DNA of 64,000 bases from Felis catus. Taxonomy: Eukaryota. The stretch lies in contig NC_058368.1 in the NCBI RefSeq assembly GCF_018350175.1, positions 85,500,001 through 85,564,000 of the forward strand, given 5' to 3'. Below, one piece after another: positions 1 through 12,774 of the stretch. Position numbers and translations under genes: made by a program. The notes under the pieces were generated by a model. That model saw only the letters and a program-made list of their open reading frames with translations, had not been told where the DNA came from and made no database searches. Numbering within the stretch: the first letter of the stretch is position 1; each line of letters starts with the position of its first letter.

Positions 1-3000
1 GTCAATATTCATCTTAGAAAATAGGAATCACAAAACACAAATAATTTACCACTAAGATCTTTGAAACTAAATGAAATAAAATGCCTCTCAGATAAATGTT
101 GTTTTGAAGATATATTATACATTGATTTTCCTGATATGATTCAGAATATAACTGAATGTAAATGGTTTTATGTAATTGAGTGCCTGCACCATTAAATATG
201 AATGTATATACTTTTTCTGTGTTTGTCTTACAGTGTGATTTTAAACTGTTGGTTAAAATTTAGGAATCTCTTCTTGGGATTTTATATCTCATCTTTTCTA
301 TTTATTTCTAAATTCTGGATAAAGAAAACATCTTGAGGTCACATTTATTTGATATGCAGGATATCTGACTTTTCTAATAATTGGCAAATAAATTTTTGGT
401 GGCCTAATGACCATATTTGAAGTCTAACAATTTTTTCAAATCAAGTACAAATTGATGCCAAACTTGAAAATTATCTGACTAGACACTATATCTATATAAG
501 CTGTCTTAAAACAATTACATCAGAGGCAATATACATTCCATTGTTAGTTTGAAAGCTCCCAGTTCACAAACAATTTTTATATGTTAAGTAAACTCTTATC
601 ACTTACTAATTTAGTGATCTGTTACTTTTACTTCTGCTATTCCTGCATTTTGACATGTGCAAAGTGATAAGGTAGCAGAAAAACTAAAAACAGTTTTATA
701 TCAGACAAAAGGATTAATATGTTCAATGTGAAAAATAATTTCCTTGTCAAAATATATAAATATAAAATATATAGATCAAGAACACAGAATAAAATTTAAG
801 AAAACAATTTTGAAATGTAGACAGTACATTTAAAAAGTTTTCCATTATTGGTAAAATGTTACAAGAAATATATTCTTAAATTAACTAACTAAACTACGTC
901 AGCAAAGCAGAATTCACAATGATGAATGAAATTCCAGCCTTCCTGTACATAGGCATTAAAACTTTAACATTGCATATATGTTAGCATTTAATGGTTAAAC
1001 TTTATGAATTATTACTGAGGGAATACTTAATAAATATTTCTCTATTAAAGGTATAACAAACTCAGTGTCTACAGAAGACTGTTTGCTAATACACATAAAT
1101 GAAAATGCATACATGAGATTGGAGGCCAATGGTAGAAAGCCACTTCACATCCTAAGTGAAGAACACAGGGGTAGTCAGCTTGATCTGATGGTCCATGGAC
1201 AAATATAGACCCCTTATTTAAAAACCTAGGAATTTTTCCATTAGTATTTATATTTGTATGTGACAATTCATGATTTTAAATATTAATTTAATAGGTTTTC
1301 AAACACAATGATGTGCTAACAGAAGTCTTTATTAAGTTAAATAATTCACCTAAAAGAGAAATTTTAAGACCTCTTTTTTTGCCTACTAGCCTAAGATACA
1401 AAAATCTAAGGGGAAGGGAATGTGTTATCCTGATTTAAAGCCATGCCCATTGCCAGGTCAGTATTTGTGACCAGTCATTTGGAGTAATATGATGTGGGAC
1501 TGGGTCACATGTTAACACATACCACTGTGAGATAGGAAAGCATGATGGAGAAAGAAGCCCACTAAGACCCCCATAATGGAAATCAAGGAGAAACATTTTC
1601 TGAAAAAGCAGATGTGTGGTAAAGAAAAAATATTTCAACAAGTGTTGTATGTTCAATTTCCCCATTAGTGTCTTTTATTTTCCTAAAGTAGAGAGAGGTA
1701 AGCTATGATATAGGTTAAAAGCTCATCTATGGATGAGAGGAATTTCTAGGGATATTTAACGCATATTAGTTTATGCAGTTTTGGTTATTGTTGCTTGAAG
1801 AATACTACAGTTTTTAAGTATTGGCTAACTAGTGAAAGTGAGAAAAGAGGTAGAATTACCTAAACTAAGATAGTGGTCTAATACAAAGAAATAATTTTTC
1901 ATGCATATTTTATACACATTTACATTTATTTTCACTCTACCTTTATTAAACATATCTTTTTGTCAGAGTTGTTCCATTTAAGGGTGATAACTCCAGAAAA
2001 TAGCCATAATGTCAATTTTCATGCAAGTATTAAATTATAGGGTGTGTATATCAAAATATAAGCAGAGATATAAAATGTCAAATATTAGAATATATTATAA
2101 ATCTACAAAAACGGAAGCAGTGTTACTGAAAAACATAACTGTAGTTATCTTCATTGCTACGGTGAATCAGGTCTACCTGAGACCATAATATCTGAATAAT
2201 TAATCTTTACAAAGTTAAAGACAATTTATTACTTATTAAGTACCACTGAAAGACTATATTTAAATACAAGAATAAAATATTTTAAGTCAAAAAGACAATA
2301 AAAAATAAACAGGAGTATAAAACAAATTATGTGAAAGTGATAAGAATTTTTAAGAATCAAACTTTCACAGTTAAATCATGTTAATTCAAATATTCAAATA
2401 TAAAATTATTTTATAAAAGAAACAATGAATGGGTGCTATTAAGTAAATTGTTAAAGGTAATATACTTGAAACTAATATAATTTTGAATGCTAGTTATACT
2501 AAATAAATAAATAAATAAATAAATAGAAGTAAGAAATAAGTCAAACATACGAGAAAATATGAACAGCAGAGCTGGTAAGAGCAACATGAACACCTGGATA
2601 AGAGCAAAATGGAAAAATTCCAAAAAAGAATGTGAACATAACACCCACACATAACAAAGAGTTTCGCAATCAATTGATTTCAGAATTTTAATCAATGTTG
2701 CAATATTTATGAGGTCCCTATAACTTACTAACTTAATAAATAAAATAAAAAACAAAATAATGACACATGTACTCAATTTTTATGTCTGTTATGTTACAAT
2801 TTTCCATGAGTTATAAGTTTGACAAAAGTATTAACAAGAGAAATAATCTTTTCCTTAGTATATTTACTTTTGAAAATTTTTAAGGAAAAAAAATTCTTAG
2901 AAAAGGGAAACCTGCACAGAAAAACATATTTATATAAATTTGAAGAAAACAGTATAAACATTAAAGTAAAGGTAGATACTGAATGAATTAAGTCAAGCTA

Positions 3001-3903
3001 CTATAGATAACTATTTGAATGTTGTCACATCTATAATATTGTGCTTCTAGGAATTAGTAAAACAAAACAGTACAAAATTATAATATTAATTTTAACATAA
3101 TGTGGCAAGAACAGGAAGGAAAAATTGTGTTTGTGGGCTGGCCACATATTGAATTTGCTTGTTAACAGACAAAAAAAAATCAAAACTATAGTTTATCTCT
3201 AGTGACATTTGTAGATTAAAAAATAGTAAAAATTAAACATCAAAATTTTAAATATTTAAAATTAAATATGTTAAAAGTTGGAAAGCTTGAGTTTTGAGCA
3301 ATACATGGTACATGTTTACTTCCTAAGTGTTGATATAATACTGGTATTTAGGAAGAATTAGTATAAAATTCAGTACGGGGTCAATATTGAACAGGGTTAA
3401 TTTTTTCCCTCTTGTTTAATAAATAAAGAGAGTAAAGACAGCTGTATTTTATATTGATGGCTGACTGGCAGATTTCTGACTTATAGAATTTTGCTTAATG
3501 AATTTGTAAAGATCATATAAGGCACAAGAGAAAGGAATGTTCTGCCCCAATAGTGGTTTGCCAAGGATAGGGAGAAGGGATTTGGCCATAAGTTGTCTAT
3601 AGAAAAGTAGCATTTACTTACTATATATTTCCTATCTCGATTACAGTAATATTCTTTTGCAACCAAGATCCATCCTTACATGTCTCTTATCAACAGATAT
3701 TAACTTATTAGTGTAATTATCTTCCCAGGACTTTCCTGAGAGCTCCAGCCACCTCTTTGTTTCACACATTATCAATGAGGGGATTAAGCATGAGTGTAAG
3801 CATGGTGTAGAAGACAGAGACCACTTTGCCCTACTTTTCAGTGTGATAGACTTTGGGGAGAAAATACTTGATGATGATTGTTTCACAGAAGAGAGTTATC
3901 ACA

Positions 3904-4030
3904 GGGTTCCTGGGTGTCTCAGTCATTAAACAGACTCTTGATCTCAGCTCAGGTCTTGGTCTCAAGGTCATGAGTTCAAGCCCCATGTTGGGCTCTGTAT
4001 GGGCAAAAAGCTTACTTTAGAAAAAAGAGA
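3904..4030 (+). mobile_element. Short tRNA-derived carnivore SINE (CanSINE) inserted in TM6 of the OR pseudogene
   Basis: gggttcctgggtgtctcagtc...gatctcagctcagg...gagttcaagccccatgttgggctc...A-rich tail; degenerate TSD gagagttatcaca (3891-3903) / gagagagatcaca (4031-4043). Confidence 0.9.
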
Positions 4031-4180
4031 GAGAGAGATCACAATCATGTGGGACGAACAGGTTGCCAAAGCTTTTCTTTTCCCTGAGTTTGATCTTTAT
4101 CCCGAAACAGTGGAAAGGACCTGCCCATATGAGGCCCTGATGACAGATATTGGAAAAATAAAGCAATACAACATCATTAA

Positions 4181-4182
<2 letters not shown>

Positions 4183-4218
<36 letters not shown>
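4183..4218. repeat. (CA)18 microsatellite inside the OR pseudogene coding region
   Basis: Perfect AC repeat; reads VCVCVC... in the OR frame. Confidence 0.98.
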
Positions 4219-4222
<4 letters not shown>

Positions 4223-7200
4223 CAGGAGTGCTGGGATCTCACAAAAGAAATGATGGATTTCCCTGGAGGCACAGTAAGGGAGACCCAGAGTATAGATAAC
4301 ATGGATCAAGGCATTGAGAAGTGCACTCAGCCAGGTGACAGACACCATGAATGCACAGACTATGGGACACACGAGAAATGAGTAATGGAGGGGATGGCAT
4401 ATAGCTACATAGCGGCCATAAGCCATTACTGCCAGAAGAAGACAGTCTGATCCCATAAGAGTCATGATAAGGAAAAGCTGAGTTCCACAACCAATATAGG
4501 AAATGCTGCTTCTTCGAGACAAAAAGCCAATGAATATTGTTGGGGTAAAAATAGAGCTATGTAAGAGATCCATCAGGGAGAGTTGACTGAGAAGGAAATA
4601 CATAGGAGTATGGAGGAGAGAATCAAATTAAATAAGAGTCATCATCATAACATTGCCAGCAAGGGCTGCATGAAAAAACAGGAAGATGAGAGTGAAGAGA
4701 AATTTGGGGTGATATGGTGATATGGTGATATGGTGAAATGACCCCAAAAGAACAAAGTCAGTTCCAGTGGTTCTATTGATCCATTTTTCCATTCTCTCCT
4801 TCTGGATTCATTATCCTGGATAGTGCTGACAAAAATGTTCAGACTCACCATCATTTTACATTGTGTCAATTTCATTTTATCCTTTAGTCTAGCAATATTA
4901 AATAATATTAATAAATAGCTAATATTTTCTAAATATTTTAATTTAATTAAATAATAATTTAAATACATGATTGAAATCAAAAATTGTCTGAGCCCAATTT
5001 TAGTTTTCTTGTCATTGAATAATTTGCGAAGAATGTATGACATCATACATGTAGTAAATACATAAATCTGGTATGTAAAATTATTGCTTGATTTTACTTA
5101 TATTTATACTGGATTAAACTGTGTTGCAAAGGCAAGGCTAGTGACATTGAATAAGGAAACTACTCACCTAAGCAGATCAATGTTTTGGTCGTCACTTGGA
5201 CTAAAATTAAACTAATTGTTCAGTATCAAATAAATCATTTTTCCATAAATACTATATAGAAACTATCACCTTCTATTATTTTTCCTCAAGATATTACCAG
5301 AAACATATTTATGTGAATGGAAGTGTTACGTGTAAAAATACTCGGAGTGATTCATCTTCCCTTGATGTCAGGGCCATACATTACCAACAAACTAAGGAGG
5401 TTAAACAGCCCACAAAATCTCTCTACCATAGAGAGTTGTGAAAAATTGCAGTTCTACCTGCACTGCTCTCAGGGTAAATATCTCTTGTTTGTCTTTCTGT
5501 TTTGCTACGTAAGCAAAATTATTCCACTATCCTTCAAATGCCCCCAATTCAATAAGTATGTTCCCTTAAAAACAAGAATACACAAATAAAATTCAGTTGC
5601 ATAATTATTATTTTTTTTTTGTCAGCACCAGATGCCTCTATCTTGGGAACTTAACAATTGCTGTGGTGAAATAATAGCTGTCACAATGGAAGAGTTGTCA
5701 CTGAAGATGCAGAGCAAGTGAAGTTTTTTCCTGATTTTATCATTTTTAGTGACCTCAGATATGCTAATTAAGTTTTATTTCCTTTGGTTCTTATGTATAA
5801 AATGGGTATGTATGTATAGGGTTTTGTGAGTATGAAGTTCATTGATTATAGCAATTTTCTTGGAAAAGTGCCAAATGCATAGGAAATACTAAAAGTTTCC
5901 ACATGGACTTGAGTTTGAACCTTATGAATAAATATAATTAAGAGTATGAATTGCCTATAACATACAATTATATTTTATTTTATGTTAATGTAAAATATAA
6001 AAATTAGAGACTTGTATAATAGTCAACATGTATTCAATATATATTTTTTTAAATCAAGGTACACATGTACGTATTTAAACCTCAAATAGTTCTAAAATGT
6101 TTATAATAAAAACAGCAGTAACTTTCCTCTAACTTCTTCTCTACCAGTCTTGTTATCCAGAGCCAAACACTTCAAATTCTTTTAGCTATTTCTCTGTACA
6201 TATGACACTTATCTAAATTAATCCTAGAGCTGTTATTTCTTGGTTCCAAACTTTAGATATCAATTGAGATTCTCAAAAAGACAATCTCCTGAGTGGAGCC
6301 ACTTCTCATGAGATATCAGGCTTCATCTCATTTTTCTAAAGCACATCTTCACAGAGCTTCTCAATATAACTTCATAGCAGATCAATGATTTGTTCCATAT
6401 ATGTGTAAAATAATTTAATCTGTCTTTATATTTGATTTCTACTTTGGCTTGGAATAAAATTCAAGGTTAATAACCAGTTTCCTTCTGAATTTGGAAGGCA
6501 TTTCTCCATTGTCTTCTCATATTCATCATTCTTTGAGACATCAGATGCCCTTCAGATAGTAGCTCCTTTGCTTTTCCTTTCAAAATCTTCGATATGTATA
6601 TGTAATCAACTATATGTTTCATTCCATTCTTAAATGTCATGTTTTCCTTATATATATCAAGATCCTGGGTCTTTTTCAACCAGAGATATACATCTACCAT
6701 TGTGATTTTGGGTACATTTATAATGTAATTATATATATTTCAATAAAGTTTCCCTCATCATTCTAATCCCCTTTTTTCCTGTATTTGGAGAAATAACAGA
6801 TATATAAATTTTTTCAGAAACTGAGCTTGATCTAGGAATGATACATTTGGCTAAATTTGGGTTAACTAGGGGAAAATTAGTCATATGGTGAAGTTAGTTG
6901 GGATTGGATAACAAGGTGAGATTAATTTAATATAGTATTGATTTTAAGGTGAAAAAAAAGGGATTTTTCTAGTGTGGGCTTTTGTAAGATATCAAGCTAA
7001 TGTTAGTACTTATTGATTATAAATCAATGTGCCAGCCAGAGTTTTAAATGGTTTACATAGATATTAAATCCTCACACTTGGTAATGTCCCTGGAAGTAAG
7101 GTACTGGGCATAATACTGTTTCAGTGTCTGTGATCATACCCATATTTTATAGCCATGCAACTTTAATATCGCTGAAAGTTTGTTTTTATTATATTTAGAA

Positions 7201-8900
7201 AAAAAATAGTACAGTGTTAAAATCCAAATGTAAGAATAATCAAAATTTGAGAAAGACATCAATACATTCTCAATTCATCACAACAATCATATAATTAGAA
7301 AGCAGTCCATTTCTCCTTTCACAATGGACTCATTTTGCAAAAACTATCAAAATATCAAGAAAAAAGAAAACGAGTATCAGCACTGTTACTGAATAAAAGG
7401 AAAATTGTGAAAACAATTTTGAAGTCAATTTATCCTCTTTTTCTTTTAAATGTAGCCTTATTCTTTTCGTTTCCATTGGGATTTAAATAGCATATATGTA
7501 ATAATACTTCAGAATTTTCATAAAGAAAACTCAGGTTTTTATCTTGTTTCGTTACCACTGAAAATAACTGGAAATATTTTTAAGTGTATTTTTTATTGAA
7601 ACCTCCCTTCCATTAAAGAAGCATAGAAGCTAAAAATCACACTTCTTCTAACCTAAATGACTATCTTAACAGTTGTCAGGTTGGTATTAACTCAAAGATC
7701 TTAGCTGCATGGCAGAAGTAAACTCGAAACTGCAACTCTCAGGATCCCATTGCTTGCACAGTTTATGACTAACATTTACCAACGATTTGGAAAATAGATG
7801 AGAACAAAAAGAGCTATACTTTGAGGAAGGCAGATGTGTGTAGAAAGATGATAAAGATGTGTTTTAAATCCACTTCCAAGTGAGCCCCCAAGATATATAC
7901 TACATTGATGCTAGAGATTAAGACTTTCAGTGGGAATATCACATACATTCTGAGATTTGTAGTACCCACCACATGAGTTTCCAAGACCCTTTAAAAATAG
8001 CCTTCACTCTCCAAGCCATTCTAAAGTACAGGTAAACATTTAAATCACTATCATAAAATCCATTATACCTGGAAAACCATGAATGAATTTTGTTTACAAA
8101 ATAATGCAAATTTACACAGTGTTTGCTGTCAGAAGATGTCCTAAGGAAGGAAAACCTCAAAGATGGGAATCTGAAATTGTTCTCCTAATATGATTAGATG
8201 AAAAGAGAATAATACAATAATTGCCAGTGAAAAATGGAATGCTAGTATACCAGAATGTACTGTAACCGAAAAAAAAAAGTTGTTTGAATTATCACTGGCA
8301 ATTGGTAAAAATCTAATGCATTAAAAATTTTGGAAGAAAAATTTACCCTTAAAGAATTTATTATGGTAGAAATAAAGAATAAAATATTATTTATGGACTG
8401 GAGTATTTTTTTTCTGATCTCACTAAATAAGTTGCAGGAAAAAAAAACTCATTTTTTTTTTAATTCCCAACTCAAAGCAGTCAGAGAATCAATGAAATTC
8501 AATGACTGTCTTAAAAAGATTTTTTTTTTGAGGCAAGGGTCTCTTAACAAAACATAATAAAAATCTTGTGAAGATGAGATGAAATATAAAACAAATTGAA
8601 TTTTCTGACTCAATATGACTTATGCTAAAATTGTATACTGATTGGAAAGAGAAATTGAAATGGAAGCATCTAAGTACATTAAAAAATCTGAATACCTTGG
8701 ACACTCAAATCCCATTGACCTTTCCTTGCCAGGAAGGAAAGCCTCTGTTATCTAGACCCAGGCAGCTTCTTATCTGGATATATTGCAATGCATTCACCTC
8801 TTGCAATTGTTCTGCAGGAAAATGTCCATTATTTATAAGATCCAATTCTAGCTTCATTTTTTTGCAAAACTTGTGCTGGTTATTGAAATATAGAAACTTT

Positions 8901-9104
8901 GGGGGTGCGTGGGTGGTTCAGTCGACTAAGTGTCCCACTTCAGCTTAGGTAATGATCTCGTGGTTTGTAGGTTAGAGCCTCAGGTAGAGGCTCTGTGCTG
9001 ACAGCTCAGAGCCTGTAGCTAAGATTCTGTGCCTCCTTCTCTCTCTACCCCGCCCCTCTCACTCTATCTCTCAAAAATAAACATTAAAAATTAAAAAAAA
9101 TAAA
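8901..9104 (+). mobile_element. CanSINE
   Basis: gggggtgcgtgggtggttcagtcg...gctgacagctcagagcctg...CT-rich...aaaaataaacattaaaaa; flanked by aaatatag(c)aaa on both sides. Confidence 0.92.
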
Positions 9105-9159
9105 TAAATATAGCAAATGTTGAACAATGGGAAGAAAGATACCCTTGAGTAATATTCTT

Positions 9160-9379
9160 TTTTTTATTTTTTAAACTTTTTTTTAACCTTTATTTTTGAG
9201 ACAGAGAGAGACAGCATGAATGGGGGAGGGTCAGAGAGAGGGAGATACAGAATCTGAAACAGGCTCCAGGCTCCGAGCTGTCAGCACAGAGCCCGACTCG
9301 GGGCTCGAACTCACGGACCGCGAGATCATGACCTGAGCCGAAGTCGGACGCTTAACCGACTGAGCCATCCAGGCGCCCC
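9160..9379 (-). mobile_element. Felid SINE (SINEC_Fc-type)
   Basis: Reverse-strand SINE ending ...ccaggcgcccc; exact 15-bp TSD ttgagtaatattctt (9145-9159 / 9380-9394). Confidence 0.95.
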
Positions 9380-10949
9380 TTGAGTAATATTCTTAAATGC
9401 CATCATATTTACAATATATATGCTATACATCTTCCTACTGGTTTCTCCAAAAGGACCAGGATATATATTAGTGGCCTTATTCCTATCATATCACAGAGTA
9501 CCTCATGGAAAACTGAATTTATCTACAAAATTATATGAGATAGATGTATAGGCTACAGAATAAATGCACACATCTGACTTTTTCCTATATGTATAGGCAT
9601 ATCTGCATGGTATATTTTTTGGAACAGTACTATTTATTTAATCTTTCTTGTGACCATATCATTCCCCTGTCCTCAAACAAACAAGCTAGTGTTTAAAATA
9701 ACATTTACCCTTCTGCTATCCTTAATTTTGTTAACACTGCAGAGGGGATTAAGGATGCAAAACAGCTGGGCACACATCTAGAATGTCAGTGTATCTAGTC
9801 AAAACAAAATAATTATGAGTGTTTTATAGTAGAAAGAACAGACTATTCCTTCACTATTGATATCTGCCTTGAAGACTATTGATTGTATATAAAAAAGGAA
9901 GTTTGCTGAGATTTGTAAGTAGCTGGTATTGTCATGTCAAAGTTGAGACCATCTAAGGAAGTCATTGTAAAGGCAGATTCTTTCTAAATAATGGGTTTTA
10001 ATTAACTGCTGAAATTGTTATATTTGCATGTTGTTTCTATTTTTTTTTGTCTTAATGAAAAATGAAAATATGTGATCAGAGCTAAACTTAGAGTGGATGT
10101 TGTAGAGTACTTAAATTGAACGTTGTAGTCTAGTAACTTCTTTCTCTACATTTACCCCGTTGTAGTAAAACATCTTTGCTTTAAATAAATATGGGATATT
10201 TCCAGTAGAAATATTTCTTGCAGAGAGAATTGAAATGGGCAATTAGGAGACATAGCAGTAGTGCAGTTGTTACAAGATACTGCCTTAGATAAAAGTAGTA
10301 ATAGTAAAGTAGCATGAAGTGACCAGTCCAGAGATCAGTAGAGAGTAGATATTTATGGCTTGTGGATAGATATGATGTAAAATATGAGGAAATCAGATGA
10401 GCAGAGAATTGTACTAAGATCTTGGACTAAAAGGACTAAATAAGAAACCATCATTATTGCTGTTGAGGAAACCCACAGAGGCGACAATTCCTTCACCCAG
10501 TTCCTTTGTTTTCTGTCACTAATAGTACCTTAACTGTACCGTGGTCATTATTCTGACTTCCATCAACATTATATGGAAGCACTTATTGATAGAATCAAAC
10601 AAAAACTTCTCTTGTGCAATGATGCTATTGTTTTTATTGCTGATTTGCACTCCATTATATGAATATATTGCTATTGTTTTATTGGATGGTTTGAAATTTT
10701 CAGCTATTATAAATAAAATTGCTATAACCCTCCTCATACAAAAATGTTCTTATGGTCATATGCACTGAATTCTTTTAGTATATACTTAGGAATAAAATTG
10801 GTCATAGATGAAGTGTATGCTTAACTTTAATAACACAAATTGTGGTTTTAATATCAAATATTCCAAACAGGAATACATAAAAGTGTACTAGTGTTTAAGT
10901 GTTGGTGTATGTAATGCAATGGATTGGTGCTAAAATTAAAATATATTTG

Positions 10950-11070
10950 TGATGAGCACCGCATTTGGTATGGAAATGATGAATCACTGTGTTGTACACC
11001 TTAAACTAATATTACACTGTAGGTTAACTAACTGGAATTTAAACAAAGACCTAAAAAAATGTACAAAAGG
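10950..11070 (+). mobile_element. L1 extreme 3' UTR fragment (carnivore type)
   Basis: gtgatgagcacc...gaatcactgtgttgtacacc..aaactaatattacactgtaggttaactaactggaatttaaa. Confidence 0.75.
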
Positions 11071-11881
11071 AAAACTATAAAAATATTTTTTTTCCAATAT
11101 GTTAGAGACTCATTGATATCTGTGTTTCCATTTTCAGTAATTTTCATGACAATCTTACTTGTCTCAAGGGCATTCTTAATTTGAAATAAATTACGTTATT
11201 TGGTTCATGGATATCCTTCTTTATTTAGCTTATTATTTTTATAATATAATGTTCCTACCAACAGTCCAAGAATTAAAACAGTAAAATTGTTAGATCTCTT
11301 CAGATCTTGGATCCTATCCATGTGCCTCCCCCATTGTTCCGAATTTCTAGAGTATAATTGTCTTGCTATATTATATAATTACCGAATATATATTCATGAA
11401 AAAATATGCAATGTTTACCATCGGTGTTTTAAACAGTGTAAACAGTTGTTATGCTGTAATTTATTTGTTTTACAACTTTCCTTCACTTGACATTATTTCA
11501 CTGTATTAATATAGTTGAATGCAACTGGAACATACATTTTCACTGTTAGATGCAATTCTCTTTTTAACCTTATCAAATTCCTGTTTATATTTTGGTGGAT
11601 GGATGATAGGCAACTTACAATTCTAAGCTTTACATATATTGAATTTATGAATACTGATGTATATGCCCCCCGTTTCCCATGGACAAGAGCCATTGCTGGT
11701 TCACAGGATATGAAAATGTTCATGGTTTTGAAATTATGCCAAGTGGTTTCTAAAATGGTAGCAACAACTTACATTTTTAAGGAAATATAAGTTTTCCTAA
11801 TAATCATCTAGAAAATTCAAATTTGTCGGTTAAGATATCTTAATTCTCAACAATTAATATAGATACTACTTAACCTTGACT

Positions 11882-12290
11882 GATGCCCATTGACTGATGA
11901 ATAGATAAAGAAGTGGTATATGTGTAGATAATGTTAGTATTATGCAGAGTGAAAAAAGTCAGTCAGAGAAAGACAAATGCCATATGATATTACTCACATG
12001 TGGAATTTATGAAACAACACCAAAAAAAATGAATGGGGTAAGTAGGGAAAAGAGGCAAACCAAGAAACAGACTGTGAACTATAGAAAATAAACTGAGGGT
12101 TACTGAAGCAGAGGTTGGCAGGGGAGTGGGATAAATATGTAATGGGTATGATACAGAGCACTTTCTTTGATGACCACTGGGTATTGCATGTAAGTGATGA
12201 ATCATCAATTCTATACCTGAAACGGTTATATTATTACACTGTATGTTAATTAACTGGAATTTAAATAAAACCTTGCAGGAAAAATAAAGA
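11882..12290 (+). mobile_element. 5'-truncated L1 3' end
   Basis: cccattgactgatgaatagataaagaag...agtcagtcagagaaagacaaa...attacactgtatgttaattaactggaatttaaataaaa. Confidence 0.85.
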
Positions 12291-12774
12291 TTTGCAACAC
12301 AGAGATTGATAACCTAAAATATGTGTATATCTTTACAGAACATCCTAGTATATAGCTTCCCAAATTGAATATCACTAAAATTTAATACTTTCAATTTTTT
12401 ACTGTGGCAATCAGGGGGAAATGCACTTAAAAGTAGGATCTATTGTGTTATTAGTTTCAATGATAGAATAGAGTCAATCATCTAAAAAAGGAAAAGACTT
12501 TATTCAATGTCACTGTATTTCTTTCCAGAATTTTCTATAATAGGCATCCACATCATACTGTCCATATAGTTAACAGGTTGGTAAATAGATAGATAGACTA
12601 ATGTATATCTATGTATCTCATGGCATGTTGACAAAGATGGTGAATTTTCTTTCATTACTATTGTGTGTATTGTCTTTCCTATAAATCTGTTGTACTTAAG
12701 CTTTTAAATTAAATAAACTAAAATAGATCACAATAAAAACATAAATACATAAATACATAAATTAAAATTTCCCC

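Larger units (their letters stand above)
3717..4792 (-). pseudogene. Olfactory receptor pseudogene, OR2 family, full length but disrupted
   Basis: Manual minus-strand translation from ATG 4792: MEKWINRTTGTDFVLLGSF...[26 protein letters not shown]...[15 protein letters not shown]...HFFCEIPALLK...SYGQVLSTVSG*RSNSGKRKALATCSSHMIVISL-[SINE 3904-4030]-ITLFCETIIIKYFLPKVYHTEK*GKVVSVFYTMLTLMLNPLIDNV*NKEVAGALRKVLGR*. In-frame stops at 4628-4630, 4097-4099, 3831-3833 and 3762-3764; DRY changed to GRY; terminal TAA at 3717-3719. Confidence 0.95.
8770..10190 (+). repeat. Old non-coding duplicated block, copy A (paralogue of 16316-17390), interrupted by two SINEs
   Basis: Collinear anchors shared with copy B: aataaatgcacacatctg, gaccatat, taacatttac, aaggatgca..a..ctggg, catctagaa..tcagtgtat, tttgctgag, tgtcatgtca, gaccatcta, ttaatga.aaatg.aaatatg, tgtagtaa. 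Confidence 0.85.

Noticed and set aside
1..3700. Short ORFs and possible further OR remnants in the first 3.7 kb
   Set aside because: No OR motifs in the ORF-track translations or the stretches I read by eye; AT-rich intergenic or decayed old repeat sequence.
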